Source: the human T2T-CHM13v2.0 reference genome, Homo sapiens
Direction: 5' to 3' (one strand)
Assembly (NCBI RefSeq): GCF_009914755.1
Contig: NC_060935.1
Length of the DNA stretch: 64,000 bases
Shown: piece after piece, positions 1 through 20,735 of the stretch
Layout of the letters: each line of letters opens with the position of its first letter
Position numbering within the stretch: the first letter of the stretch is position 1
Notes under the pieces: model-generated
Database searches by the model: none
Seen by the model: the letters and a program-made list of their open reading frames with translations, nothing else
What the model was told of the DNA's origin: nothing
Made by a program: the position numbers and the translations under genes

Positions 1-663
<663 letters not shown>

Positions 664-959
664 CCTTTGAAGAGTGACACATAAATACAACTTCCACAAT
701 TGCCTGTGTTATCGTCTTAAAATAATCACTAACTTTTCTTCAGCAGAGTTGTGTCTTCTGGTTTTCATTAGTCGATGATATCACTACGGACTCGATAATA
801 GTAAATGTTCACAGACATTATGTGCAAGTTACAAGTTCATCAACTTTCTTGAAATACAGAAACTCAGTATTTAATTTTTCATGAAACCTTCCTTCCTTTC
901 CTTCCTTCCTCTCCTCCTTCCTTTCTTTCTTCTCACTGTTACTGTAGTGAATACTGTGG

Positions 960-1841
<882 letters not shown>

Positions 1842-4110
1842 TGAGCCACTGCGCCCAGCCAGTTGCCCACTTTTTAACAGGATTGTAAAACAACCATTTT
1901 AGATGAGATTTAATTAAACAGTTAAATGTGCTGGGTTGAATTCTATTGTTGTTCAAAAAATAGTAAATACTTCAAAGTGCCAAAAAATCAAGCAGAGTTT
2001 GTTTTAACATAGGTTCTGGGCCTCTGTACTAAGAATTTGAATTGGTTGTTTAAAATCAAAGCCCTCTGTAGCAACTGTAGAAATATCTAACTTACACTCT
2101 TAGAAGACTAGGAAATAATGTCATTCCCCAGTCTCAAATTTAGAAAGGTATCAACTAAGTCTTTTAACTTAATTCTAGATACAGATTTCCATGTTTGTGT
2201 AAGAACTTTACACACTTTTATTTATTTATTTATTTGAGACAGAGTCTCGCACTGTCACCTGGGCTGGAGTGCAATTGTGTGATCTCGGTTCACTGCAGCC
2301 TCCACCTGCTGGGTTCCAACGATTCTCCTGCCTCAGCCTCCTGAGTAGCTGGGATTACAGGTGCCTGCAACCATGCCCAGCTAATTTTTTGTCTTTTTGG
2401 TAGAGACTGTGTTTCACTGTTTTGGCCAGGCTGGTCTCGAACTACTGACCTTGTGATCTGCCCACCTCAGCCTCCCAAAGTGACACTTTTATCTTTATAG
2501 CAATCCCATAGTATTATGAGAATTACTATTATTAGTTTTGTGAGAATTACTACTATTAGTTTTCTATTTGGAAGATTTAGAAACAGTGACAAATTTTGGA
2601 ATAGACATAGTTTACTGGAAACTTTTCAAGCAACCATTCAGACATCTGTTTGGGGTTTTTCTACTCATTATTCATTTACTCAGCAAGCATTTGTTGAGCA
2701 CCTATTCATTATAACTATTCTGATTATTCGAAGTTGGTTGTCATGCAATCAATATAGTTTAATCACATCAACATAGGATCAGTGCAATTCTATTGTTGCA
2801 TCTCATTCTTTTACCAGTCTTAACTGAATCGGATAAACCATATAATAATAAAAACTTAAGAAATTCGTTTTTAGATTAAATGAACTCACTCTGATGTTCA
2901 ATTTCCAGACAATAATTGCCCTTCAGAAATGCCAGCAGGACACAAGAAGCTATAAAGTCAGAGAAATGTGAATATTAACTGAACAGCCAGGTCAGTTATG
3001 ATGTCATTAAATAAAACACACACTCACATAACCAAAGCCAAATAGACCATAAAACAGCTGATTTCTTTTCACATAGAAAGACCAAATGCATCTACTTTAA
3101 GAGTGACCACTGGTTTTACCAATTAGGTTGTATAGGGTAATTTCCATAAATTAAATGAATATAATCTGAAGCTCCAAATATTTGGTAAAAATATATTGAA
3201 AGCATGTGGCAATATAAAATAATTTTAGACCAAAAAAAGCATTAACAAAGGAGTATTGAAATAGAAAAATTGATATTCCCAACCCTTTCTGAATCTGATG
3301 GTTGAATAGGATACATCATAACATCATAATCAAGAGAATAACAAATATAATTAATAATCATTTGATAAATTTTGGCCAAACTTTGGGCTTACCTCCCAAA
3401 CTAAGAAGTCAAATTATTCCAACAGCTGAAGCACAAGTCCTTCTACGGAATTAAAATGGATATAATCTAGTTGTTAGCCAATAGAACAGTTTTTTAAAAA
3501 TTTTGATGCTAGATAATTATGTTATTTGTAACCCTTAGTTTGGAAAGAGTTTAAAGTATTAAAAGACTTTGCCCAAATAAAACTTCTTTTCTTCAATTTG
3601 TAAGTGAAGTTTTTTGATGCTTACATACAAAAGAAAAATTAGAATAGAAATATTGCAGAAATTCTGTTTCATTTTAGTAATAAGTAATAGTCATCCATGG
3701 ATCTATAAATTGTTATAAATGTCTATCTGGGTCAGGCATGGTGGCTCATGCCTGTAATCCCAGCACTTTGGGAGGCCGAGGCAGGCAGGTCACCTGAGGT
3801 CAGGAGTTTCAGACCAGCCTGGCCAACATGGCGAAGCCCCATCTCTACTAAAAAAAATTCAAAAATTAGCTGGCCATGACCATGTAATTGTAATGAAGCC
3901 TTTATCGAGAAGAAAAATGTTAACTCATAGAGGTTTATGATTATAGGAATTTTAAAAATGTTTCATTTCCATTTACCTATTTCTATGGTAGATAAATATG
4001 AAGGAATGATCAATGAAAGAATTTTGAGGTTAAAATAATTTACATATGATGAAATTCTTTGAGGGGAAGCAGAACGAAATAAAAGTTCAAAGGCCAGGTG
4101 CAGTGGCTCA

Positions 4111-4323
<213 letters not shown>

Positions 4324-5762
4324 TTAGATCACAACACTGCACTCCAGCCTGGGCAAGAGAGCAAGACTGGGTCTCAAAAAAAAAAAATATCCATTGGATA
4401 TACTTATGAGAATAACAGTTTATTTTTAAATGCCAATGTTTACAATAAGTCAGAAATTACGTTCTTTGCAACTATCTAAATGTATGGTAACACTTTCTGA
4501 TGATCAATCAACATAAATTGTGCAAGGGGTGCGTTGCTTTTCAAAATAAATTCGGTAGATATGAGAGCAAAAGTATTGGAAGATCCCTGCTGTGGGACAT
4601 AATATCCACCCTGAGTGTGAAAAGGTGAGGGAAGGCTAGCCAGGGAAAAGAGGCTGGGGGCTGGGTGGCAGTCCCTGTAGGGCATGAGCCAAGGCTGGGA
4701 GACTGAGGAGAGAGACTGCTGACACGTTTAAGGGAACAGGATTTTAGTACTGCTTGGGGAGGCCTCAAACAGGTGGCTGATGCCTTGGGAGTAGGCAGAT
4801 CATCTGAGTGAAACGTTAGAATAAGCAAAGCAGCAGTCAAAGAACAGAGCCTAGAGCCACGGGTGGACAGGAACCCCTGAGAACACTAAGTTATAGTTCA
4901 AGGGGTGGGAAGAGAATGGGGAGGGATATCCAAGAAGCGCTGAATCTGCCAATTCAGAACCCCACATAAACAGAGGACTGAGCTAGTAAGTGACAGGATC
5001 AGGACCGACCCAAGCTTTCCTAATTTTTCCTAATCTTGTGTTCGTTCCATTTAGTATGCTACTTCTAGTATTTGACTTATGTGTTGAAGTATAACATGCT
5101 ATTTCTTCCATATCATATGTAATTTTTTTCCAGTCTTTCCATTATGGTCAAATCTACCTCTTTGGAAGTAAAGAGAGATCTATACTGCATAGTCTCAAAT
5201 GGGAAGAGAAATTTCTGTTGGATCACAGAGTCCTTGCCTTCCAATTAGAAGATAGAGAAATCACACTAGCTAAACAGCATGGCTACTCAGGGCCAACAGC
5301 AGCCCCAAAATATACAGCCTTTTTGGGAGCACCGGTCTGAATCTTGGCAGGGTCAACATGAGAGCTTAACCTTTCAAGACAGATAAATTGGGTCCTTGGA
5401 ATGCCCCTGTTTAGTGGCTCATAGGAGTCTTTCGGATGAGTCCCTTGCTAAGTAAAGCTCAGTCTGTTTTGTGTCAGCTCTACACAGTCTCAAGATAATC
5501 TCAGACTGATTTTCATGAAGCCAAAGCCAGCAATAGGAAATTCAGTCTATCAACTCTTTATTTGTCATGACAGAAATTGCTATACTGTTCGCTGCAACAC
5601 AACTTATCATAGTGAAGTTTGGAAACTACCTACGCATCCAAAAATTAAGAAATGTTTGAATAAATTATGATCCATTTATAGGAAGAAATATCATGCAGCC
5701 AGTGAATATTAGACTTTCTGAGAATCCCAGAATCTTACATGGCTAATTTTTAAAATGACTAA

Positions 5763-5951
<189 letters not shown>

Positions 5952-6449
5952 TAGAGATGGGATCTCCCTATGTTGCCCAGTCAGGTCTTGAACTCCTAGC
6001 CTCAAGTGATCCTTCTGCCTCAGCTTCTTAAAGTCCTGGGATTATAGGCATAAGTCACCCTGTTCAGCCCCTGAACTTACATTTTTGACACATATTGCCA
6101 ACAGTATTTACACAGCATTGGTGAGTACCTTTATAACATCTCCATTTACCAAACATGGTATTAATTTGGCACATCCTGTAGCCTCTTAACCATGACTACG
6201 ACAGCAAACGTCTAGGTTCCAATGGATTCATGGAATGGGAGGGGTGTAGTTAACTCTGGAAGTGGGGTTTTAATCCTTTACAGTATACTGAAAGATGTGA
6301 AACTCTTGAAAAGTTAAAAGTGCCATATAAATGTGTTATCTCTGTTAAATGCTTTTTCTAATCAAATAATTTTTTTTGGCCAAGTAAATACTTTTTCTAG
6401 CCTAATGCTTTTTCAGTGTACAATTCTGACATTGTAACAATAGTACAAG

Positions 6450-8480
<2,031 letters not shown>

Positions 8481-9854
8481 TGGTAAGAAATAAACTCAGA
8501 GACAAAATGCTCTTTGATTAAATGCAATGGAAAGTGAAACATTTGTTTCTTCTCTGAACTTGAAACGTTAGAAGTCCACGAAAACCAAGATTTCAAAGGA
8601 ATGGGAAAATGTATATTTGGAGCCACCAACAACTGGGGACAATACTCACTCTAGAACTTGGATCAGAAATGCAATACATTCAGACTAATTTTTTTACTTA
8701 TTTATTTTTTGTTTGAGACAGAGTCTTGCACTGTCACCTGGACTGGAGTGCAATGGCATGATCCTGGGTCACTGCAACCTCCACCTCCCACATTCAAGTG
8801 ATTCTCCTTGCCTCAGCCTCCCAAGTAGCTGAGATTACAGGTGCACGCCACCATGTCTGGCTAATTTTTTTGTATTTTTAGTACAGACGGGATTTCACTA
8901 TGTTGGCCAAGCTGGTCTCCAACTCCTGACCTTGTGATCCACCTGCCTCGGCCTCCCAAAGTGCTGGGATTACAGGCATAAGCCACTGTGCCCGGCCATT
9001 CAGACTAATTTTTAAGGCACCATCCACAAAGCTGATGCAATTAAACATACTAAATATAAACCAAAACTGAAGTTTTAGACCTCTCCAATAAAAATAATTT
9101 AAACTATCACCCAACTCAATGGAAAATCATAATTTGCATGGTATTTAGAAATGCCAGCTCTGCCTATCAAGGGAGCCTAATCTGCCTATCAGAAGTGGAT
9201 GCAATTTTGATATATCTTTGGCTTTAGCCAGGGGGAGGAAGACATTCCCACATAATAATCACATCCTTATAGAAATTGAAAACGTATGTTCAAGCCATGG
9301 TGGTCCTGCAGAAATATAAACTCATAAAGGGTCTCTTGATTCATTATCACCATTCATTTTGTTCACTGAAATAACCAGAGTTTTACCAGCCTTGTACCAT
9401 GACTGATAGCTCTTTCATAAAAGGATATTTTACAAAATATTGAAATGTAGCCTATTTCTACCTGATAAATCCCTGGACCTGTAAACTTTGAACCCTCGTT
9501 GGCCTTTGTTGCTTGTGACCTTGTTTAAATGATTAATGTTCTTTTAACGACTGCAGGCTTTAGAAGGCAGCATGCATTCACCATGCGCAGATCCTTTATT
9601 CGAGGCAAAATGAAGTTGTTCAAACACAAAACCGCTGATAATATGCACTCTAGTACATAGTTGCATCATTTTTAAATTTCAGATACCCTACTAAAGAGGA
9701 AGGTTTTGTAGGTTATGTATTCTTCAGATACATACTTTTTATTTTAAAAAGTTGTAAAGCGTCCCTCAGCTTTTTAATTTCTGAAAAAAATTATGAACAC
9801 TATGTTGACACAACTTATTCATTATCTCTAAACTCAAAATGAATGGATAATTAG

Positions 9855-10073
<219 letters not shown>

Positions 10074-11811
10074 TAGTCTTGAACTCTTGGGCTCAAGGTA
10101 TTCTCCCATCTCCACCTCCCAAAGTGTGGGATTACAGTCATGAGCCACTGAGCCCGGCCTCATCAGACATTTTAAATTTTTATTGTTTGATCAAGGTTTT
10201 ACAGCATTTTGTACCACTTTGGTATTATCATCAAAGTTGGTGAGTTATGTGATTATTGAACTATGTAAAGTCTCAATCCCCCGCCCAACTCCATCTCCTG
10301 TTAAAATTCAAAACTTAAATATCAAAGGTCTGCATTTATCAGAAGTCAATAGAATTACTTTCAGGGACGGGACAAAAAAATGGACTGGATCTTTCTTAAC
10401 TAACATCACTCTGGAAATGGTGAAGACATAACAAATTTTTGTCATTGGCTTTATACCAGCCTTGAAAACAAAAGCCAAAAAAAAAAAGGAAAAGTAAAGA
10501 AAGAAAAAAGAAAAAGAAGTTCTATCAGCCTACTAAATGTTTTATGAGTCCTGTGTCCCCTGAAAAGGTTCACAGGAAATTTTTTTCAAATAAAATAAGT
10601 CTTTAGCAACATGCTTGGTATATGTCATTATTCTCAGTGGGTAAAAGGAAATTTGCAGCTCTGAAAATGAATGTATTTCATAAAATACATTTTCTTATGA
10701 CTATGGTAAGAAAAGCCCTTTTGTTTATGGATGGGGAGTTGGGTGGAGAGAAGCAAGGGGGTTACCCTATCACAATTAGGGAGAATGGCTTTGTTTTGAA
10801 GAGCCCATTTCCCCTGAAATCAATAGATTATTACCTCAGCACTACAAACAAGGTATTTCTTACCTCACCCAGGATCCACACCACTATTTGTAGGGTTTTT
10901 TTTTTTTTTTTTAGCAGTTTACATAAAATATTACTGGAGGTAAGTTTTTTTTTCCCTAATGGCTCCAAGGTTAAAGTTGAAAATACCAGCTTGATGTTGT
11001 GCAGAGATGTGGCTATATTGAATGTCATTTCCACAGTTTCCAGTAAATCATTTCATTATCCATAATAATAATCTTCATTGGCTTTACAAATAATTGCTTT
11101 GCTAAACTTAAAGGAAGTCTGATTTTAATTTGCTATCTACATCTACATTCTTATATTCTTTTTATAGATTTTTAACAAGTTATCAGTAGAATCTTCCTTC
11201 ACTCAAACATAAGTGAAAGTTTTATCTATCTTGAGATATCACTGAAATAATTTATTGCTGGGGAAACAAAACCTTTTGTCTCAAAATATATTTCTTCCCG
11301 ACAGCTGTGGTATTTCAGGGAAAGCACCAAAGCTATGATGGTCTGGACTGCAATCAACTGTTCTTAATAGGAAATTTTACAGACTTTTAATAAGATATCC
11401 TCAAATAATTTATGGAGAGAGGTTTTGAAGTGAAGAAGCATTGTTTGGCAATATGTTCTTCCTCTAATCTCAGGAAATTTAAATAAAAGAGTACTCATTT
11501 CCTCTGAACTCAGCAGTTCTCCTTTTATGAAAATTTAAAAAAAACACCTGCTGCAACAGTCCAAAACATAGTTTACTTGCTTCAAACAAAATTGTACTGA
11601 AACAAACAAATAAACAAACAAATACATCAGCACTGGAATTCTTTTGTAGACTTCCTGATCTGTGACTGGTTAGGAATTTTCACTAAGGAATCCAAAAGGA
11701 CAGGGCTGTTTGAAAATCAGGAGAGAAACATCCTCTGTTTACAAACTGTAGGTAATCATCCCCAAGTATCCTGTTCCCTTGGACCAGTGGTTCTCAATCT
11801 GTCCCATATGG

Positions 11812-12331
11812 CAGGGGTCCCCACCCCCCCCGATCTGTGGCCTGTTAGGAACCAGGCACCACAGCACGAGGTGAGCAGCAGGCAAGCAAAGCTTCATCCA
11901 TATTTACAGCCACTCCCCATTGCTTGCATTACCTCCTGAGCTCTGCCTCCTGTCAGATCAGTGGTAGCACTAGATTCTCATAGAAGCATGAACCCTACTG
12001 TGAACTGTGCATGAGAGGGATCTAGGTGGCGCAGTCCTTATGAGAATCTAATGCCTAATGATCTGTCACTGTCTCCCATCACCCCCAGATGAGATCGTCT
12101 AGTTGCAGGAAAATAAGCTCAGGGGTCCCGCTGATTCTACATTATGGTGAGTTGTATAATTATTTCATTATATATTACAATGTAATAATAATAGAAATAA
12201 AGTACACAATAAAAGTAATGTGTTTGAATCATCCCAAAACTATCCCAGCACCCTCCACACTCCAAGCCATTGGTGGAAAAATTGTCTTCCACGAAACTGG
12301 TCCCTGGTACCAAAAAGGTTGGAGACTGCTG
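11812..12331 (+). mobile_element. Full-length MER1A DNA transposon
   Basis: Ends caggggtcccca...ggttggagactgctg; 8-bp TSD ccatatgg/ctatatgg, typical of hAT elements. Confidence 0.9.
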
Positions 12332-13681
12332 CTATATGGGGATCCCTATCCGCCACCAAGCTGTTTTCTTGATGTTATCTTGAGACTATTGCTAATTCTT
12401 CCCATTAAAGCTTCTACACTCATCTTATTTGATTTATCATCATTTCATTGTGGGTTTTGTTTGTTTGGTTTGGTTTGATTTTTGGCTTATAAAGTTGTTG
12501 TTTTCCTACTTAAAAATTGAACTTTAAACTCTTTTTACCTGTATTTATAATGATAATTTCATTATCAGGTTAAGCCAACATTCATTCCATTTGGTTCCTG
12601 AATGGTGCAGCCAGCAGATGGACTAGATCTGTGCCTGTCATGCTTTAACATAGCATGTGCGCACAAATCACTTAGGCCTTGTGTTTAAAAAGGTGATTCT
12701 GTCTTAGCAGGTCTGATTTGAGGCCAGAAATTTCCCATTTCTAACAAGCTCTTGAGTGATGCCAATGGTGCTGGCCCTTGGACTGCACTTGGAGAAGCAG
12801 AGAAAGGTCCTTTCTAACTTTAGATGTCATATCCTAGAGTTCCAGTGGGGTTCATGTAGGCTCACTGGAGAGTTTATGAAATGGTCCAAAATCCTGATGA
12901 GAAAAGTTAAAGTTTTGGCAGCTACATATATTCCCCTTCGTTAGGAAATGCAATCAGGAGAGGAAAAAGAAGCCCAGCATTCACTGATGAGCAGCAAGTG
13001 TGATGTCTTGGGTTAAGAGAAAATGGCCTTGTTCATTTTCACGTTACCGCCTTCTCTCCCTCTCTCCCTTTTCTTCCAATAACCTTGACCTCTCTCCCCC
13101 ACACACATTCAGTTGGGTAGCTCCTATACCTACATAAATTTGGCTTTTATTCACCAACCATCATTCAGAAACTCAAAACTGTACTGTTAAAAGAAAAGAA
13201 AAAAGATACTGAGCTGTGCCTCTGACAAGATATATACAAAGTTACTCAAAGCATCACTGTGTTCTCAAAGAAGGATGGGAGGCAATGTGGATTCACCATA
13301 TATGTTCCCATATCCTGAGGCTTTAGCCACTAATCCAGGAGGCTTCTTTCTCCAATGTAACTCATTCCTACCTCATTCATGGTATACCTGTAGCTAGGGA
13401 TGAATGATTCTTAAACCTGCAGCCAAGATATGAATGAAAAAGTTTCCCCAAATTTAAAAAATAATTGGCTAGCCTAGAAGCTATTGTTGTGGGCCAGATT
13501 TCATGGATTATTCTTTTTTTCCCTTTAGGGCAAGAGGTATACTAATTTAGAAAGGTAGAAAACTGGTATCTTAGTTTTCTGATATCTTGTTTCCGTTTTT
13601 CAAAGGTACAGGTCAAGTGGCCAGGTGCAGTGGCTCACGCCTATAATCCCAGCACTTTGGGAGGCCGACACGGGTGGATCA

Positions 13682-13932
<251 letters not shown>

Positions 13933-13966
13933 TCACAAGGTCAAGAGGTCGAAACCATCCTGGTCA

Positions 13967-14262
<296 letters not shown>

Positions 14263-14639
14263 TCATGTTACATTGGGTGAATGTAAGTGGAAATAATTTT
14301 TAAATCTTTCAAGTTACTATTTTTTCTAAAATTCCAAATCCATTCATGTAAGCCTTAGACCAGATCATTTGAATCATTGAGAAACTAAAACAACTAATGT
14401 CTGGCATAAATTTGAAAGCCCTTCAGCAACTGCAACAAAGCAAACAAAATGATGGAGAATGCAGCAGGGAACGAGGGAGGGGAGAGCAGGCTAGAGCTAA
14501 ATAGTTGTCTCTTTCTGGGAAGGTTTCCTGTTGGAGGAACATTTAGAGCTATGAGGGAGAGAGGGAATGCCCACTCAGCTGGTATAATCAATTCAAAGGG
14601 TCAGTAGTGTGGCAAAGGATACCAACAGATGACCCTCAG

Positions 14640-15168
14640 TTCCAGTTATTTATTGCTGCATAACAAGCGATCACAAGACTCAGTGGCTTAAAACAATAGC
14701 TCTTTTTCTTACATCTCACAATTTTGTGGGTCAGGATTTTGACCAGGGTATAGCTGTTCCATGTGGTGTCAACAGAGGTCACTTGGAAGTATTCAGCTGG
14801 TGGGTGAGCTTATCTGCAGGATCCAAGATGGCGTCACTCAAATGTCAGGAGACTTGACATGAGGACATGAGGGATGGCTGTAAGGCAAGGCTCAGCTACA
14901 TTTGTCGACGAAAATGCCTTCATGGGGCTTCTTCAGCATGGAAGCTTGAGGGGTGTGACTTCTTACAAGAGCCACGGCATCAGTGATCAAGGGGGAATCT
15001 GTATGACCTTTTATGATGTAGATTTGGAGGTCACATACCATCACTTTCCTGTACTTTTTGTCAAAGCAGTGATAAGCCTGCCCATTTTCAAACAGAAGTG
15101 ATACAGACCCCATCTCTTGAAGGGATAAGTGTCAAAGAATTTGTGGCCATCTTTAAAAACTGCCACAC
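14640..15168. mobile_element. MLT1-family MaLR LTR
   Basis: ttattgctgcataacaa...cagtggcttaaaacaa...tttaaaaactgccaca. Confidence 0.65.
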
Positions 15169-15302
15169 CATAAAACTCATGAAATACTTCTAGAAATGGT
15201 GGAGCTCAGTAATTAACTACTGGTTACCAAGTGAATGTAAACTCAAACAAATGTACCTTATTTCTCAGTGTATATATATAAATACATATTTGAAATAAAA
15301 AC

Positions 15303-15381
15303 TTCTTCTTCCTCTTCTTCCTCTTCCTCTTCCTCTTCTTCTTCCTCTTCTTCTTCCTCTTCTTCTTCTTCTTCCTCTTCT
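15303..15381. repeat. (TCT/TCC)n pyrimidine trinucleotide repeat at the tail of a minus-strand AluJ (~15382-15649)
   Basis: Directly visible; produces the poly-Ser of ORF 15268..15480. Confidence 0.9.
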
Positions 15382-18300
15382 CATTCTGTCACCCAAGCTG
15401 GAGTACAGTGGAATAATCATAGCTCACTGCAGCCTCCTACTCCTAGGCTCAAGCAATCTTCCCACCTTAGCCTCCTATAGAACTAAATAAGAATGTGCCA
15501 CCACACCTGGCTAATTTAAAATTGTTTTTTCTAGAGATGGGGCTCCCTATGTTTGCCCAGGCTGGCCTCAAACTCCTGGCCTCAGGCAGTCCTCTGGCCC
15601 TGGCCTCCAAAAATGATGGGATTACAGGCATGAGCCACCATGCCCAGGCAAAAGTTGGATATTCTTATTCACATTATATTCAGATGTACAAAATAAGTCC
15701 TTTAAAATTTTGTTACTCAACTTGGCAAAAATTCAGTTACTTTTTTTAATATTACATCACAGCCATGTCTTATTTTATTGCCATCTACTTTGTAAAATAA
15801 GCAAACAATGGTATCTACTGTCAACTACATGACAATAAATTGTAGCTTTTGCTAAGAGCAATATACTATCTCTTATTGTAAAGTATTTTTCATGTTAGGA
15901 TTTTATGCACTTCCTCTGAAAAATAGATAATGAGTGAAGTACAAAATGTTTCCGTATCTATGAATTTCATTACATGGGGGAACAAATTAGTGCTGTTAGA
16001 AGCAGCAGTCATAGTTCGTTTAATGGCTTTGTACCATATCACCTTCATTTCTTTACTTACCACTTCCCAAATCCTGCCCACAACTTTGCAAGGAGGTTAT
16101 TAAATTTTTATTAACTAATAAAATAAATTAAAATTTGGAAAAGATTTTTTTGAAAAAGAATGATATAAAATGAGGTTCTTACACATAAAGTTATTCACTG
16201 TCCATATTGATCTCTCTGCTCTGGCAGCAGCTGAGATTTGCATACAGTTAATAAAAATAAAATTGGCAAGAATTTGAAAAGTGGAGACCCTGGAATAGTC
16301 TGGCTCATCAGAGAAAATGGCAGCCTCACACCATCTTAAGGGGACTTCTTAAGCACTTGATTCTCTTAGATGATGTGTTCCTGGATAACCTCTCTCTAGC
16401 CTTTTATATGTAGGTCAATTAAATATAAATATTCTTGTGGAATGACTGCTAATGGGTACAGGGTTTCTTTTGGGGGTGATGAAAATGAAATTAGATAGTG
16501 GTGATAACTGCACAACCTTCTGAAAAAAACACTGAACTATACATTTTTAAAAAGTTAATTTTATAGTATGTGGATTATATTTTAATAAAAATATAAACAT
16601 GCTATTAATAATATATGATCCTTATAGAAGAATGTGGAAAAGAAATGTTAACAACTAAAAACCTTTAAAAATACGTTAACAAGTGAAATTATTATATACA
16701 GTCTGTGTAGAGCACAATCTAATTTATATTTTCTACCACGTGTTGACAGTACCAGCAACAGTGAGGTATTAAATTCTGCAGTCAGGCAAAATGAATACTG
16801 AGTTAATCTTTGCCACTTGTCCCCACTTACAATCACCACGCCAACCACCCTCCCTAAACTGCTCATTAAAATGTCATGGAAAGAATGTGACCTGGCCTCT
16901 ACAGCCTTGCTTTAATAAGACTATCAGCACGACCAAATCAATATGTAAACCCACATACTCCATTTTTATCAACTATTCAAAGTAGTGTTTATGTTGAAAC
17001 TCATTTGAAGCCACAGCTCCAAAAAAAATGCCCACTAACCTGAGAATTGCTGCTCATAGCTGTTAGCATTTGCTTATTTAACATGGATAGCTTCCTTTTT
17101 TGCCTTTTCTTCACTTCAATGGTTTTATCCATTATTAAGGCTCACCTTGTGTTAAAAAATACATTTTTATTGGTCTCTTCACTCCCAAAAGGCCACAAGA
17201 ATGCCTGCCAATAACTAGTACTTAGAGAATATGATTTGCTACTAAAATACTGAGATGATCACAAAAAAGTCTTTCGAACTCCAAGCATAAATTGTCAAAG
17301 AAAAGTTCATGAATTAAGTCATCAAATACTAGCGTTGTAGCCATAATATAATAGCCTCCACTACACTCTTCCATCACAAAAACATTGTCCCATTTTCACC
17401 ACTGGAAATCAATCTATGCTGGATTTGCCTCTGAAAATAGAAGGGACCATGGTGCTGCTAAGGGCACTGAGAGAGCAGATCAAAGTCATATACAGCAGCG
17501 CAGCAAATAGGGCAGCAGCTCACTGTGAGTCGAGGGCACAGACACTGAAGTAGTGAAGTAGTGAAGTCATCGGGGGTGTGCTCTTGTCTGCAGCGCTCCC
17601 TCTCTGGTGTTCTCAGACCCCTGGTGGCTCTGACCACCCTTGCGATGCCTGGAGCCCTTTGATGTGTCTCCCCAGCCAAGCTGTCACCTCTGACCATGCC
17701 CCAAGCTTCCAAATTAGTCCTCCCATATCCCTATCAAAGCTCCAATTTCCTCATTGACCCCTCCCCATAGATGTTAGAAAAGTGATATAGAACGCGTACA
17801 TGATGATGCTTTGAAAACTGCACAGCTCTATATAAATGGCCTTTGTTATCGTAACCAACATGTTAATCCTCAGTGTGGTTTATATGCATATTAAAAGAGG
17901 CTGCTTGCGGTGATACCTTGACCTGAGGAATAAATCTCTAGTGGTAGAATGGTAAATGGGAGGAACGTTTTGGGAAACGGAGGTTTCCCAGCCAGCCAGC
18001 CAGCCAATTAGCTATAAATCACAAGGTATAGGTGTCATCTATTCTGCAACTTTGTTAAACATACAAGGCTTCTGAATTTCATTGGTTTGTAGTTAGACGT
18101 TGAACTTAGCATCTTGAGTGTTAAATTGCTTATTATTGGGTGGATACTATCCACATGGCTTAAAAAATGTCTATCACCTCAGTAAGTTTTCCACTATATT
18201 TATCAAAAATGTATTATTTTATTGGAGCATTGGTTGTCCAAGGGTGTCCCTTCTACCTTGGCCCTTTGTTTAACTCACCAGGCACCATGACCTAACTCTT

Positions 18301-18592
18301 CATGAAAAGAAGGCACAAACAGCAGTAGCCTCCTGGGTCCCAGATTGTCTCATCACTTGTGTCATCTTTCGCTCTGTGGTCTCAGATTCTCGGCTCCACA
18401 TCCTGACTTCAGTTATGTTAGTTATGCTACTGTCTCTTCTGTTTGAAGATCCACCCACACGTATCTCCTGGCTTTTTGAGCTTTGGAATTTCACAAGATT
18501 CTAAACTCCATTCCTTCTCTCAGTTTTGGTACCCCATTTAGTTTCTGATGAGAAGCTCCTTTAAATCCACTCCTTTAAATTCAGTCTTACCT

Positions 18593-19225
<633 letters not shown>

Positions 19226-19931
19226 CTACCTTTAACACTATCGATGGTTACATGAGATAATAATTTGTTATGTAATGGCCTACTTAACCGCATTTTACTG
19301 GGACAACCTGAGAAAATGATTCTTTTATTTTGTAACATTATAAACACTATTTAACCAAACTTATATGGTGCCAAAAGCATGACATATGATTGCATGTGTT
19401 AAACAGAAGGTATTTTCATCAGCTGTTATTTAAGGCCTCACATTTAACTTCGGGAGACACTCTGTCATTACCGTTGAAGCTTGCTGTGCAAGTAGCAGTG
19501 GAAATAATGCCCCTTTTTTTTTTTTGGAAAAAATAAGATGCTTTTTGACACTTCAAATATCAAGATAAATTCAGCCAATTTAGACTTGGCCCATCTTTAT
19601 ACAACATTTTTAAAAGAGGAGGGCACTGTTATTGGTATTGTACTTTATGTGTGCGTGGTTGGAGGCAGTTCATTTAAGGGATAAACATCAAGGCTAAATC
19701 TGTGGTTTTATAAATGTAAACAAACTGGTTTGATTTTAGCTATGACCAAACAGATATGCTCGGAAGAAATCTTTGTTCCATCCCGATCCATGTAACTTCC
19801 AATTTCCAAGTGGTAGACACGATAGATTAGCACTCAGCATCAGTCCAAGTTCTTTCTAAATAGTAGCGTTCTTATACAGCAGAGGCCAGGAAGCAGAAAT
19901 GACAGCTCCTAGAGTCACTTGAAGCTAAGTT

Positions 19932-20735
<804 letters not shown>

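Noticed and set aside
2517-2564. 24-bp tandem duplication (similar small ones near 17545 and 40960)
   Set aside because: Ordinary slippage duplicates with only 2-3 units and no spacers; not CRISPR-like
10622-11065. 147-aa non-Alu ORF (and the 150-aa ORF at 32612-33064)
   Set aside because: No recognisable protein or splice structure; the first crosses T homopolymers and the second overlaps L2-like sequence
15268-15480. Poly-Ser ORF
   Set aside because: Simple repeat plus Alu sequence
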